Source: an uncultured Methanosarcinaceae archaeon (GTDB lineage Archaea; Halobacteriota; Methanosarcinia; Methanosarcinales; Methanosarcinaceae). Taken from it: a stretch of 64,000 nt of DNA. The stretch is from positions 448,001 to 512,000 of the forward strand of contig CAVTET010000003.1 of assembly GCA_963733675.1 (NCBI GenBank), in the 5' to 3' direction. Positions 23,261-34,550 of the stretch are shown in pieces (position 1 is the first letter of the stretch; every line of letters starts with the position of its first letter). The translations under genes were made by a program, and so were the position numbers. A model generated the notes under the pieces. The model did not search any database. It had not been told where the DNA came from and was given only the letters and a program-made list of their open reading frames with translations.

Positions 23261-24480
23261 AGACCATGTATGATGTTTTAGTGATAGGAGCCGGTCCCGC
23301 GGGTTCAATTGCTGCAAAAACCGCAGCTGAGAAAGGACTAACTGTGCTTTTAATCGAGAAACGCCAAGCAATAGGCGATCCTGTACGCTGTGCCGAAGGT
23401 GTGAGCAAAGAATATCTCAAAAAACATGTGGAAATTGACAAGAAGTGGATTTGTGCTGACCTCAAAGGCGCTCGTATTTACGCACCTGATGGTACAAAGA
23501 TAGAAATGGCAGAAGAAATTGCTGGCGGAGAGGTTGGGTATGTCCTTGAGAGAAAAATTTTCGATCGTGCTCTTGCGGAAAAGGCTTCAAAAGCTGGAGC
23601 AGAGGTTAGGGTAAAAACCAGAGCTATTGGCTTGATAATTGAAGAAGATTTCGTCAAAGGAGCTAGACTCATGCAGCTTGGAAAAGAGTATGATGTACAT
23701 GCCCGAATAGTCATAGGTGCTGACGGGATCGAATCAAAAGTAGGACGGTGGGCAGGCATTGATACTTCCCTAAAGCCCATTGACATAGAAACCTGTGTTC
23801 AATATTTGGTAGCTGGTGTGGATATAAACCAGGAATACTGTGAGTTTTACATCGGAAATGACCTCGCACCTGGTGGATATATATGGATTTTTCCGAAAGG
23901 TGAAGGAAAGGCGAATGTCGGTATAGGGATTCTCGGGAGCAAGATGGGAAAATTCAAGCCAAGGCCAGTAGATTACCTCAATAGTTTTCTGGAGAAAAAG
24001 TTTCCGTATGCCAAAATAGTTGAGATGGTTTTTGGAGGAGTACCTGTTTCAGGCAGTATTGAGAAGACTTCCACTAACGGGCTGATACTCATAGGAGACG
24101 CTGCGCGCCAGTCAGATCCGATCACAGGCGGTGGGATCCTTAATGCTATGGATGTAGGGAAGATAGCAGGAGAGGCCGCTTTTGCAGCCATATCCGCAGG
24201 AGATGTATCTAACGAGAAACTCGAGGAAGTTTATGAGAAGCGTTGGAGATCGACCACTGGGCATGCTATAGACCTGAGCTTAATTGTTAAGAACTGTTTT
24301 ATCAATTTGAATGATGTGGATCTGAATTCCCTTGCCTTTTCTCTAAAAGATGTGAAATTTGAGAGAATGAGCCTTCTTGACCTTTTACATGCTCTCTTTA
24401 AAGCTAACAAAAAGCTTCTCTGGGACCTTCGGGTGCTCTTCAAGGATGCAGCAAAAGAAGTGGCAAAAAATAAAATGTAA
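23257..24480 (+). CDS. Geranylgeranyl reductase (digeranylgeranylglycerophospholipid reductase)
   Basis: GAGPAGS FAD motif, [24 protein letters not shown]; coupled to a ferredoxin gene. Confidence 0.9.
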   Translation: MKTMYDVLVIGAGPAGSIAAKTAAEKGLTVLLIEKRQAIGDPVRCAEGVSKEYLKKHVEIDKKWICADLKGARIYAPDGTKIEMAEEIAGGEVGYVLERKIFDRALAEKASKAGAEVRVKTRAIGLIIEEDFVKGARLMQLGKEYDVHARIVIGADGIESKVGRWAGIDTSLKPIDIETCVQYLVAGVDINQEYCEFYIGNDLAPGGYIWIFPKGEGKANVGIGILGSKMGKFKPRPVDYLNSFLEKKFPYAKIVEMVFGGVPVSGSIEKTSTNGLILIGDAARQSDPITGGGILNAMDVGKIAGEAAFAAISAGDVSNEKLEEVYEKRWRSTTGHAIDLSLIVKNCFINLNDVDLNSLAFSLKDVKFERMSLLDLLHALFKANKKLLWDLRVLFKDAAKEVAKNKM

Positions 24481-25076
24481 TGTCTGAAAGTTCAGTCATT
24501 TTTCATTTTTTTTGAATCTCTTATTCTGATATTTTGTAAGGAGGATCTCTTCTCCCAAGCTATCCAGGAGTTATAGTTTAATATTATCCCAGGAGACCAG
24601 ACAAATATTCTATATGTTTGTTCTTGTCCCTTTCTCACGATCACTTCTGTAATATATTGACTTTGAGGAACTAAAAGATATGTTTTAATTTCTTGGGAGA
24701 ATCAAATATCAAAATTTCAATCATTTCGTGGTGGTTAATTGATAAGAGAACATTGCAAAAAAGAGAACGGCAACCAAAAAAATGATCAAAACCATACTAG
24801 ATTGAAGAAGGTGCAACTGAATACTTATACAATCATTATTCACAATTTTTAGTTAAAATCGCTATGTTCTCTTCTGACTTTTAAACTTTGAATGAGGATA
24901 GCACTACATTCGACTTCCGATTCTAACTTTTTTTGGAAACCATTTCAACTGAAATTGGCATAGTATTTCTAAATTATTATGCACTTAAAATATAACCAAA
25001 CAAATTTTAAAATAGATCGAAACAATATGTAGACAGGAATAAAAGGCATTACTAAATCAAATATTGTTTTTGATTA

Positions 25077-25171
25077 CAGAGGATCTCAATAGATCCCTAA
25101 ATTTCGTCCTACACTTATAGGTTGTGTATATATTTTGAGTAAAAATGAGAGGTTTATCAAAATCCCCTCTA
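25077..25171. repeat. ~95-bp inverted-terminus element
   Basis: AGAGGATCTCAATAGATCCCTAAATTTCGTCCTA...GTAAAAATGAGAGGTTTATCAAAATCCC; centre is similar to the 50412 copy. Confidence 0.75.
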
Positions 25172-25256
25172 ATACACAATATCCTCAGGAATTGAGCCAT
25201 ACATTTATCGGTTAGTTATGTTCTTAGAATAAGAATATCTGGAAGGTTAAATAACA

Positions 25257-25319
25257 ATGGAAGATATAACAAAAGACAATACTAAAGTTAATGAACATCA
25301 TCATCACGAAATAGCATAA
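25257..25319 (+). CDS. Possible 20-aa His-rich micropeptide MEDITKDNTKVNEHHHHEIA
   Basis: GGAAGG upstream of ATG; four consecutive His codons; precedes a small membrane ORF. Confidence 0.25.
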   Translation: MEDITKDNTKVNEHHHHEIA

Positions 25320-25347
25320 ATAAATTTAATAAGGTGAATTAAAAACT

Positions 25348-25524
25348 ATGAAATCAAATCAATATACAGATTCAATAATATGGGTACTAATTAGCTTCTT
25401 TGTGTATTTAATCATAGGAAAAGTAATCTCAATAACATTCGAGTTCGGAAAAATAGCAATAGAGGTGCTTCTTTCAGTGATATTAGGTCGAATAATATTA
25501 AAATTTCTCTATAAAATAATGTAA
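25348..25524 (+). CDS. Small 58-aa putative two-helix membrane protein
   Basis: AGGTGA ribosome-binding site; open frame MKSNQYTDSIIWVLISFFVYLIIGK...LLSVILGRIILKFLYKIM. Confidence 0.5.
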   Translation: MKSNQYTDSIIWVLISFFVYLIIGKVISITFEFGKIAIEVLLSVILGRIILKFLYKIM

Positions 25525-25529
25525 CCAGC

Positions 25530-26000
25530 TCTTATAAACGCAGATCAGATATGCTATGCCACGGAAATAATTTATTTTGCATTTCAATTGATTTTTTTCT
25601 TTCGGCTAAAAAACTATTTTGATTTGCATTTATTTTATTCCTTACTGCGAATGAACTATCTATATTAGATCCTACCTTGCTACTTCTGATGATTTTTTTG
25701 TGATTCTGCTGAATAGAATTTATCCGCAGATGGTATACATTCGGGTCAACTCCAAGTCATGAAGCAAGATTATCTCATGCAGAAAAATCCTTAAAATTGC
25801 CAATTTCAGCAATTAGAGTTGTTCACCAGTTCCCAAAATATTGAAACTAATATATAAATTTCAATTTCATCTTTATGCTTTCATAAGCAAGTTTCGGCCT
25901 AGTCTCATTTTGTAACTATTGTCTTTATATGATCAAATATTCTAAAAAATCAATTTTTTTCATACTTGTTATCTTAAAAAAATATGTCCCCCTATCTGGA
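25530..26000 (-). pseudogene. Second IS110-family transposase remnant
   Basis: Minus strand reads TLIAEIGNFKDF...DNLAS*LGVDPNVY..ADKF...RITKK.SEVAR; same region as the 10905 remnant. Confidence 0.65.
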
Positions 26001-26419
26001 ATCTAGTTAATTATAGTAACCGGAGGTTTATCATCAACCTACACAAAACAGCGAAGAGCCTTATATTTCTTAATCCGATACTACAAATCACTTTCTTCTG
26101 AAATGACTAAGTTAGGTGGTTTATGAGCTGATTAGTTTTCTTATTTGGTTTACATTAACCTTGAAGAGAGTCTTGATATAATTTCACTACCACTCTTACC
26201 AAAAATGTATGTCAGCACATCATTTGGATAAAATATTTTAGATGTGAGAATAGAATGAGCTCATTTATTGTATATATCCTTTTTTGGTAAATATTCAGCA
26301 TACCAAACTTTAGTTGGTAGACATTCAATAGCCCACAGTTAAATAAAGCCAGACAAAAAAATTTACTCCTTGAATCTTTGTAAAAGTGGTTATGAATGTT
26401 GTTTTGCTCAGGTTGGACA

Positions 26420-26744
26420 GTTACTTTTTTGAGAGTATTAGGCTAGCTCCAGTTCCTTCACAATTATCTGCTGCAAGCATCATGGCTTTGGATCCAATTT
26501 CGTAAAGTTTAGTAAGTTTAAGGTTGACCAATACGATTGCATATTCCTATACAAACTCTTCAGAGGTGTTATAGAGATTAATGCCATTAAAAGCTTTTTT
26601 TAGATCTTTCTCTCCAAGTTCACTTCGACCCAAAGGAGTTTGCTGGACTCCTTTAAGGGTTCTAAAAGTAAATTATTTCCTACACTAATATTAATTTTAC
26701 AAAGTCAGTGTGTTAGATACTGTGAAGGTTTTTTGCTAGGCTTC
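26420..26744 (-). pseudogene. metG: Decayed C-terminal tRNA-binding/dimerisation (Trbp111/EMAPII-like) domain of MetRS
   Basis: After the metG stop: DFVKL.ISVGK...EPLKESSKLLWVEVN.GEKD...EEFV*EYAIVLVNLKLTKLYEIGSKAMMLAAD, with frameshifts. Confidence 0.8.
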
Positions 26745-28514
26745 TTAGCTATTTTTTTCCCCTAATTTATTGGCTTCTTCTGCAGATAACATTCCCTCGG
26801 ATTTGGAGGATTCTTTTTCAATCCCCTTTCCTATAGATTTTTTTGCATTGGCGGCTTTTATCCTTTGGTTTGCGATTTCTTCCATCTTTCCTATCCGATC
26901 ATCTTCGATCTTTGTAAAGAGAATTTCAGGTTTTGCGAGTTTTGTACCTGCTTTTATAGGCACTAGAGCTTCAATGTACTGGGTTGTATGCAGGTCTTCT
27001 TCCTGCCCGAGCTCTTCCCAGGCGAGTTCCATAGTTTGTGGGATCACGGGTTCAAAGATAATACTGAGGGCTTTTGAAAGGTGAAGGCAGTTGTAAAGTA
27101 CATTCCCGCAAGCTGTCTTATCCTTTTTAACCAGTTTCCATGGCTCTTGAGCCTGGAAGTAGCTATTTCCAAAAGATGCAAGAGCCATTGCAGCATCAAC
27201 GGCTTTTTTGAATTCATACTCCGCAATTGCTACTTTTACTTTATTTATGGCCTTTTCTATTTCTTCCTTGACTTCAGGTTCAAGCTCCCCCTCAGGGACT
27301 TTTCCGTAGTTCTTGGAAGCAAAAAGAATTGTCCTATAAAGGAAGTTTCCGAGCACTGCCACGAGTTCAGTGTTTATTTTTTCCTGAAGCACGTGCCATG
27401 AGAAATTCAGTTCCTTAGTATGGGATGTATAGCTCGCTAGGTAGTACCTCAGGAGATCTGGATGGAAACCTTGGTCAAGGTAATCTTCCCCAACCCAGAC
27501 CACATAACCCCTGGTTTTGGAAAATTTTTTATCTTCGATTTTAACCATACCTGAAGCTACAACAGCAGTCGGTACTGAGTAGCCTGCTCCTTTCAGCATG
27601 GCCGGCCAGAAGATGCAGTGGTGGTAAGCGATGTCTCCGCCTATGAAGTGGACAATTTCTCCGTCATTTTTCCAGTATTTTTCCCAGGAATCCCCTGCCT
27701 TTGCAGCCCACTCTTCCGTAAAGGCAATGTACCCTATGGGAGCATCCACCCAGACATAGACAACGAGATCTTCATGTCCTGGAAATTTTATACCCCATTC
27801 CAAATTTCTTGTAATGCACCAGTCTGTAAGCCCTTGCTTTACCCAGCCCAGTGCATAGTTCCTAGCATTGGTGGTCCCCCCAAGGTCATTTGTGAGATAG
27901 TCCATAAGGTAATCGTTGAACTCTGAAAGCTTGAAAAAAAAGTGTTCCTGCTGGCGATATTCCGCAGGCCCACTGCAGATAGTGCATATCGGGTTCTGAA
28001 GGTCTCCTGGCTCCAGATGCTTTCCGCATCCCTGATCACATTCGTCCCCTCGTGCAGTTTCCCTGCAGTGAGGGCAGGTCCCTTCAACATAGCGATCAGG
28101 GAGAAAACGGTTGCATTTAGGACAGTAGGCAATTTCAATAGTTTTTGGGTATACATAGCCTTTTTCAATAATCTTGTTGACGATATCAAGGGTACGATTG
28201 TGATTTTCAGGATCATCCGTTGTCCCAAAAGCATCAAAGTAAATTCCTAGCTGCTTAAAAGTCTCGTCAAAATGTTTGTGATACATCTCCACAAGCTCTT
28301 TAGGAGCGATCCCAAGTTCCTCGGCGTTCACGACAATTGGGGTACCGTGAGTATCCGAACCGCAAACAAAGGTGACTTCTATTCCTTTTTTACGCAGAGA
28401 ACGGACAAAGATATCAGCGGGTATATATGTCCGCAGATGTCCGATATGTGCAGTGCCGTTAGCATAAGGCAGACCACATGTGACAAGTACGGGTTTACTG
28501 GAAGATTCTGACAT
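26745..28514 (-). CDS. metG: Methionyl-tRNA synthetase (catalytic core and anticodon domain; C-terminal appended domain lost)
   Basis: LPYANG..HIGH, Zn knuckles, [15 protein letters not shown] (KMSKS-like). Confidence 0.95.
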   Translation of the reverse strand: MSESSSKPVLVTCGLPYANGTAHIGHLRTYIPADIFVRSLRKKGIEVTFVCGSDTHGTPIVVNAEELGIAPKELVEMYHKHFDETFKQLGIYFDAFGTTDDPENHNRTLDIVNKIIEKGYVYPKTIEIAYCPKCNRFLPDRYVEGTCPHCRETARGDECDQGCGKHLEPGDLQNPICTICSGPAEYRQQEHFFFKLSEFNDYLMDYLTNDLGGTTNARNYALGWVKQGLTDWCITRNLEWGIKFPGHEDLVVYVWVDAPIGYIAFTEEWAAKAGDSWEKYWKNDGEIVHFIGGDIAYHHCIFWPAMLKGAGYSVPTAVVASGMVKIEDKKFSKTRGYVVWVGEDYLDQGFHPDLLRYYLASYTSHTKELNFSWHVLQEKINTELVAVLGNFLYRTILFASKNYGKVPEGELEPEVKEEIEKAINKVKVAIAEYEFKKAVDAAMALASFGNSYFQAQEPWKLVKKDKTACGNVLYNCLHLSKALSIIFEPVIPQTMELAWEELGQEEDLHTTQYIEALVPIKAGTKLAKPEILFTKIEDDRIGKMEEIANQRIKAANAKKSIGKGIEKESSKSEGMLSAEEANKLGEKNS

Positions 28515-28676
28515 TTTTATCTCCTTATGTTTTTTTGTTTCAATATATTTTCTTCGATGATTTTAACTCTATAATATATTTAGCTTGTTGTTTTTAAAGG
28601 GTAACTTTTATAGGAATAGTTTCTTTTTGTACTGAAATAAATTAGCCTCTAAAATCGTTTTAATTTATCCATATTC

Positions 28677-29390
28677 TCACAACCCAAAGAACATAACCCT
28701 AATTCTAAATTCTGCTCTATCTGCAATCTGTTCTAGAAAGCAGTTTCTGAAGATCCCCGTTCTCCAATTTTCATAGCTTTGTGGGGCTTTCTTTTTTATT
28801 ATTTAATGAGTCTCGAAAAGCTTTCAAAACTAGCCCCTTAATCTTGGGTGTGTATATAATAATTTTCCAATATTCTAGTTTCTCTTAGGATGTCTGATCC
28901 TTGCAAGTATTGGTTTAATCCTTAATTTTCCGATGTGCTTTTTGACCTCATTTTCCTGTGAACTATCATCATATAATCAACTAAGTAATTAATTGCATTT
29001 CTTATTTGTTCATCAAATATTTTCATCTAATAATTAGTAAATGGTTTTGATTTAGCTAAATCTTCATATCTATTCATGATCAATTCTCTGAGTCTCTGAA
29101 CTGATCCTCTGAATTTTCCTGAAATTTATTTCTTTTATACTTTTACAGATAAATTCAAATGGATTTATATCAGGTTAATAGAGTGGCAGGAATACTAATA
29201 TCATACTCAATTGTTCTGTCTTTTTGATCTTAATTTTTGCATAATTTGTTTTTGATTTTTCCAGTACAAATATGATATCAAAATAATTTTCATAATTATT
29301 TTCTTCATTTCAATCTTTCTGAAAATTTGCATAGATTTTTCGCCTTATAACTCTCTTCAAAATCTATGACTTTGTTATCTTTTTGAGCAT
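28677..29390 (-). pseudogene. IS481-family transposase remnant
   Basis: Minus-strand fragments KKHIGKLRIKPILARIRHP and PHKAMKIG...ETAF*NRL match the integrase-core C-terminus (IKPILAR.KHPQTNGK.E, RPH.AL) of archaeal IS481 transposases. Confidence 0.55.
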
Positions 29391-29464
29391 AGAATTAATT
29401 AGAATTTGCTTTCATTCTCTATTTATTTTTGAATATTTTTAGGTTTTTCAACAAACTACCAGAG

Positions 29465-30040
29465 TCTAGGTTTTCCTGAGTATTTAAAATACTGTAACAA
29501 GTGTGATCATTCAGAAAAATAATTATTGATAACTGAAAAAAAACAAAATATAGGACATTTGCAAATCTAACTTTCTTGCTTTGGTTTGAAAATAAAAAAA
29601 GGGAATAATCCCGAGCTCTACTTTTATCCATTCAGATCATGGGCATCAAAGGCGGATAAACCTCGAGAAAATGGAGCAAAAATAAAAATAAACAGAGACT
29701 AAACATGGATAAAAAAAGGTAGTAAATAACACTTCGGATATAAACTTCATAGCGCGATAGAAAGAGATTATGTGCTTAGCAGAAGGTTCAAAATAGCAAC
29801 TTCATGATTCGAGTGTAGATTTATCAGAAAAAAATGAAGTAGTTTAAAGAGACAAGGTATACTTTGGAGCAAAATCAAAAGGTTATGATGCAACAATGAA
29901 AATAAATTAAACGAAAATTTTTTGGGAATGAGTGATATATTAAGAAACAAGAGAATAAGTTCAAAAAGAGCTCCAAGATAACAAGTTTATGGAGTAACTA
30001 AAAAGATATTCAAAGAAGGAAAAGTTCTTCTCATCACTGC
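29465..30040 (+). pseudogene. IS5-family transposase remnant
   Basis: Fragments LGFPEY, STFIHSDHGH, ADKPRE, WIKKG..HFGYKLH, HDSSVDLSEKNEVV*RDK.YFG, DILRNKRISSKRAP. Confidence 0.75.
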
Positions 30041-30618
30041 TCAATGAGTGAACCTAAGAATGTTCTATACAACTCTTCGTTATAATCTCTATCAGTTGAT
30101 GACATTAAAAATAAAAAGGGCATTCTAAGGATGGTAGGAGCTATAGTTATAATCAAAGAATCATGAACCAAAAAAGAAAAAATTGGGTAAAATACAGAAA
30201 TTAGCAAGAAAGATATTGACAAGATTCCCGCAAAAAAGAGGTATTCGGAATCCTCAATATTATAGATAGCAAATTTTTATTCGATTATTGTAGAATAGAT
30301 TTTCTCGATATTTAGAATCAACTAATGTAATAGGTAATCTAACAGTGTAGCCATAGCTAAAACTGTTTAATTCCAATGTTATCACATCCCTATTAGAGAT
30401 GATTCCCCCCACCCCTAATAATGGTGCCAAAAACAAAATCATTTTTCAAAGAAGCGATGATTTAGAGGAGTAAACTGATCAAAAAAGACTAGATTTCACT
30501 CCATACTCTGTATAAAGGACTAGGTATTCATGATCTTCAATACTCCAGAAGTAATTAAACGAAGAAAAATTTATTGCTTTCTTCATACTCATTCTATCTT
30601 TTTCTTCTCAATATTACC

Positions 30619-31404
30619 TTAATTTTTTCTTGAAATCCCGGCTGCAGATACAGAAGAATCAGGGTTGGTTATCTGATTTTTTACTCCAATTATTTTAACA
30701 ATCAACATGCTGATCTCAAAGAAAATTGTCATGGGCACTGCAAACATCATCTGGCTGAAGACATCTGTTCCGGGGGTAATAAACATTGCAATAACCAGGA
30801 TGATGACATAAATATGCTTACGGTAGGTCATAAGAGTATCATATTTTATAAATCCGTTTCTGATCAGGACGGTGAGAACTATTGGGAGCTCGAATACCAA
30901 ACCGAAGATTGCTGTGGTTGTTGCTATAAATGAGATGAAATTGAAAATAGAATAAGTTGCAGTTACCCCTGAGGCTGCTGCATCAATGTAGAGGAACTTA
31001 AGAAAGATGGGCAGCATGAAAAAATAAGAATATGAAGCTCCTAGTATGAACATGGAGAGGCCAGCTGCACCCAGTAAAAAAAACTGACTCTTTTTGCTAT
31101 ATATTGGGATTCTAACTGAATACCGCTTTGAAATGGCCCGATAAATGTAAAATCCAATGAAAGGGAGGGTAATGAGTAACCCTATGATCATAGAGATCTT
31201 TAGCTGCAGCATCATTACCTCTAAAGGAGACAGATAAACCAGCTTTGCCCCCTCCGGTAGGAGATCATGCTTTATTCTATTTATCAGAGGACCCGTAAAC
31301 TGTAACGAGATTATAATACCTATGCAGAGAACCGTAGCAATTACAATCAGTTTTTTCCGCAGGGCTAGTAGGATTACACTAAGATTTTCAATGGTTTCAG
31401 ACAT
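30619..31404 (-). CDS. tatC: Twin-arginine translocase subunit TatC
   Basis: LSPLE, FGLVFELP, ITPGTDVFSQ motifs; about six hydrophobic segments. Confidence 0.9.
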   Translation of the reverse strand: MSETIENLSVILLALRKKLIVIATVLCIGIIISLQFTGPLINRIKHDLLPEGAKLVYLSPLEVMMLQLKISMIIGLLITLPFIGFYIYRAISKRYSVRIPIYSKKSQFFLLGAAGLSMFILGASYSYFFMLPIFLKFLYIDAAASGVTATYSIFNFISFIATTTAIFGLVFELPIVLTVLIRNGFIKYDTLMTYRKHIYVIILVIAMFITPGTDVFSQMMFAVPMTIFFEISMLIVKIIGVKNQITNPDSSVSAAGISRKN

Positions 31405-31696
31405 ATGGAGTACCTATCCGAAAAAGCAAAAGGAAAATTTGTTGTCATATTTCAGGAAACTGTATCTATTGCAGATATATATTAATGTCAATTTTCTTTT
31501 TATCTATTTTGTTTTTCCTTTCAGTTTATTTGTTTTAGTAAAATTTTTTATTTTTTTCATTTTCTTTCCTAAAGTTACTTACGATCCAAGAAGAAATTCA
31601 ATTGATGGAAACTACTTATCAATTCAGATGAGATAAAAATCATTAGATGTTCTATTTTTAAGATTTAATGGTAAGTTATTTTAAACTTTTTTCAGT

Positions 31697-31850
31697 GAGC
31701 AAATTTAGATGGATTAATTTTATTTAACTTTCAGTTATTACTTTCAGTTATTGATACTTTTTTTGTTTATACATCATTTAGTAATCAGAAGTATCATATT
31801 TCATCAAAATATATCTCTTATAACTGATTTTTGGTAGGCTGAGTGGTTAC
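31697..31850 (+). repeat. ~150-bp sequence with an inverted copy at 35665-35807
   Basis: AGCAAATTTAG.TK GAYTAATTTT.TTTAACT.TCAG.TATTGAT...TAGTAATC(C)AGAAGTATCATATT.CATCAAAA..TATATCTC matches the reverse complement of 35697-35807. Confidence 0.75.
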
Positions 31851-32398
31851 CTTCTTTCTTCAATTGTAAATTTTTTTATTTTGTTTCCCAGTTTTTAGTG
31901 GGCTTACAATTACACATTTTTGGCAACTCAAAGCCAGGAACTTTATCATTTTTTGATTTTTGATTGATTGCGGTCAGTTGCTAGTTAAATTGATGATAAA
32001 TTTTGGCTGCCATATTATGTATTAAAAAGTCTCCAAAAAACATATTAATACGCTGGTTTATGATAGCTGACTAATTTAGAAACCGCATAGCTAGAGTGTA
32101 GGAAACAATGAAATCAGATGCCAGAATCCGGTAAATAATGGTATATTAACTAAGTTATATTAATTTCTTGGCTAGATTGTATACACACTACTTCAAGTGA
32201 CATAAATATTCAGGTAATTTATCTGTCAGATAGTATGATATAGTAGAAATGTATTTCCAAGATGAGTTGCCAGATGAATTTTGGAGATATACTTCATCTG
32301 AATATTGAGAATATCTAGAAGGTTCCATACTAATAAATCAACGTTATATTTTATTATCAATATATCCACTTAATCAGGTATAAAAAGCTGAGAAAAAA

Positions 32399-33175
32399 AT
32401 GGATCCACAATACAGAGCAAACGGAACCTCCTCTACAGAGGATGCATTGGGAATGTCATCTGCTTCTTGCGTCCCGGGCGATACTGAAGAACCCCTTATG
32501 GCCCACTTATTTGAGCTTAGGGATCGTCTGGCAATTGTTTTAATCTGGCTCTTCCTGGGAGTCATTGTTGCTTATCCATTTTCGGCAAAAGGGATGGTGC
32601 TAATCTGGAAGGAGTTCATGAACCCTATTGTAAACATGACAGCGTACTCACCTCTTGAATGGATGCTCGCTCGCCTCCAGCTATCCCTAGTCTTTGCGCT
32701 GGCAATCTCAGTCCCCCAGCTTTTCTTTCAGCTATACAGATTTGCAGGTAAAGGACTTTATCCTAATGAGAGGAGCTTTTTTCTCAAGGTTATCCCTGTA
32801 TCTTTCCTACTCTTTATCTTAGGAGCTGCAATAGGCTACTTTTTAGTCCTTCCTGCAATGTTCAAATATATTCTTTTCTACTCCGGAGAGATGGCTACAG
32901 CGCAGCTTTCCGTCCAGGGTACCCTCTCAGCTGTGACAACAATTCTATCAGGTTTCGGGATAGTATTCCAGCTTCCCCTTTTAGTGATCTTTGCCGTAAA
33001 AATGGGGCTAGTAAAGTACCAGACCCTCAAAAAGCAGAGGCTATTAGTCTACAGTGCAATTATCGCGTTTTCCCTTTTTCTTTCTCCTGATCCAACTTTC
33101 ATTGCCCAGATTGTTGTAATGCTTTTACTGGTAGTTCTGTTCGAGTTCAGCCTATTTCTGATCTGGCTCTTTTGA
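32399..33175 (+). CDS. tatC: Twin-arginine translocase subunit TatC (second paralog)
   Basis: PLMAHLFELRDRL, YSPLE, GLYPNER, FGIVFQLP, LSPDPT. Confidence 0.92.
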   Translation: MDPQYRANGTSSTEDALGMSSASCVPGDTEEPLMAHLFELRDRLAIVLIWLFLGVIVAYPFSAKGMVLIWKEFMNPIVNMTAYSPLEWMLARLQLSLVFALAISVPQLFFQLYRFAGKGLYPNERSFFLKVIPVSFLLFILGAAIGYFLVLPAMFKYILFYSGEMATAQLSVQGTLSAVTTILSGFGIVFQLPLLVIFAVKMGLVKYQTLKKQRLLVYSAIIAFSLFLSPDPTFIAQIVVMLLLVVLFEFSLFLIWLF

Positions 33176-33203
33176 ATACAAATTTGTCGATTTGAGAAAT
33201 TCG

Positions 33204-33237
33204 ATTTTATTAAAAAAGCAGGCTTTTTTAATAAAAT
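33204..33237. terminator. Perfect 16-bp inverted repeat between tatC and tatA (hairpin, terminator or operator)
   Basis: ATTTTATTAAAAAAGC-AG-GCTTTTTTAATAAAAT. Confidence 0.5.
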
Positions 33238-33304
33238 TTCCGGATAGGTTTGTCTGCCAATTATTTTCCAAGAACTTTTATATTTGAACGCTATAATAAC
33301 AATA

Positions 33305-33592
33305 ATGATAGGATATACCGAATTGATCGTAATCCTGATTGCTGCTCTCTTCCTATTCGGGCCACAGAAGCTTCCAGAGCTTGCGCGATCTCTCGGGAGT
33401 GCAGTAGGGGAGTTTAAAAAAGCACAGCGTGCTAGTGAGATGCAACTGACGGAATTCGATGCCTACACTCAGAAAGCCGAAAACAAAATAACTCCCAATG
33501 ATAAAGTGGAGGTAAAAGAGAAATATGAAACTAACCTCCATGAAAAAGAGGGAAATGAAAAAAAAGAAATTGAAAATAACATAAAGCAATAA
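33305..33592 (+). CDS. tatA: TatA/E family subunit
   Basis: MIGYTELIVILIAALFLFGPQKLPELARSLGSAVGEFKK. Confidence 0.92.
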   Translation: MIGYTELIVILIAALFLFGPQKLPELARSLGSAVGEFKKAQRASEMQLTEFDAYTQKAENKITPNDKVEVKEKYETNLHEKEGNEKKEIENNIKQ

Positions 33593-33738
33593 ATTAAAAA
33601 ATAGGTGTTGTCAACCAGTTACAGAAAATAATGAGCATATTAATCTCTTTGTTTCCTCCAACTAGTGGCCAGTATTCGTTTTTCATAATCTATCGATGAT
33701 TCATAGACACGCCAAAAATCAAATAAGGAAAAGACATT

Positions 33739-33828
33739 AAAGGGATTTATCAATAAACCCTTAATTTTGTACTTGCTTATAAATAGTGGGTAAATAGCTT
33801 GTGAAAATCAGACGTTTATCGAAAGCAG
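33739..33828. repeat. ~90-bp inverted-terminus element, degenerate copy
   Basis: GGGATTTATCAATAAACCCTTAATTTTGT...CTTGTGAAAATCAGACGTTTATCGAAA. Confidence 0.6.
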
Positions 33829-34117
33829 ATTGAAGAAATTCATCTAAAATGGGGAAAATTCCAGAATAACTCGAATTCTGGGATAAAGCTAAAATGAAAA
33901 TTTATTACGACGGAAAAGTAAAAATTTACATATAAAAGATTATATGGTATAAAATATTGCTGAATAATAACTCAAAATAAGATACTTCAAAAATAGGAAC
34001 TACATTTAACTAAAAAAATGTTAATATACCTTGAAGGTATGCACGCTTTTCAGATTAGAAATAAATTGTCTAAATCATTTAAATTATTTAAGAAAACGAA
34101 ATATTTGAGGTCAAGCT

Positions 34118-34426
34118 ATGATCGGATCAACTGAACTTATAGTGATTTTTGGAGTAATTATACTTCTTTTTGGGGCAAACAAACTTCCAGAACTGGCTCG
34201 ATCCATGGGAAGTTCCATGGGAGAATTCAAAAAAGCCCAGACGGAATCCGAAAGAAATCTGAAGGAGTTCGAAAAATCTTTAAGTGAACCCATAACTTTA
34301 AAGAAGACCAAATTACAGGAAACAGCTGAAAAGCTCGGAATTGATATAAAGGATAAAACTGATGACCAACTCCTTGACGAAATCCAGAGATCCGCTGAGA
34401 AGCCAAAGGAAGTTTCTGAACCCTGA
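34118..34426 (+). CDS. tatA: TatA/E family subunit (second paralog)
   Basis: MIGSTELIVIFGVIILLFGANKLPELARSMGSSMGEFKK. Confidence 0.92.
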   Translation: MIGSTELIVIFGVIILLFGANKLPELARSMGSSMGEFKKAQTESERNLKEFEKSLSEPITLKKTKLQETAEKLGIDIKDKTDDQLLDEIQRSAEKPKEVSEP

Positions 34427-34491
34427 GAAATGTGGGAGAGTAGGCTTCTTTTTTCTTTTAACGGTATTTTATTTAGCTTTAATTGTTTATA

Positions 34492-34550
34492 CCGACATTC
34501 CACAGATGTACACAGGTGTATAATTTATTTGCCAGTTCCCCACTGTTATT
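34492..34550 (-). repeat. Orphan IS-end-like repeat (also at 49391-49449 and 61164-61221)
   Basis: Shared AATARTGG...GGCAAATAAATT.TAYAYCTGTGTACATCTGYGGAATGTCG; the ending resembles IS1634-type right ends (inferred). Confidence 0.65.

Noticed and set aside
26041-26060. ACACAAAACAGCGAAGAGCC as an IS terminal repeat
   Set aside because: It looks like an IS end, but it is single-copy here with no partner or transposase, so it cannot be supported.
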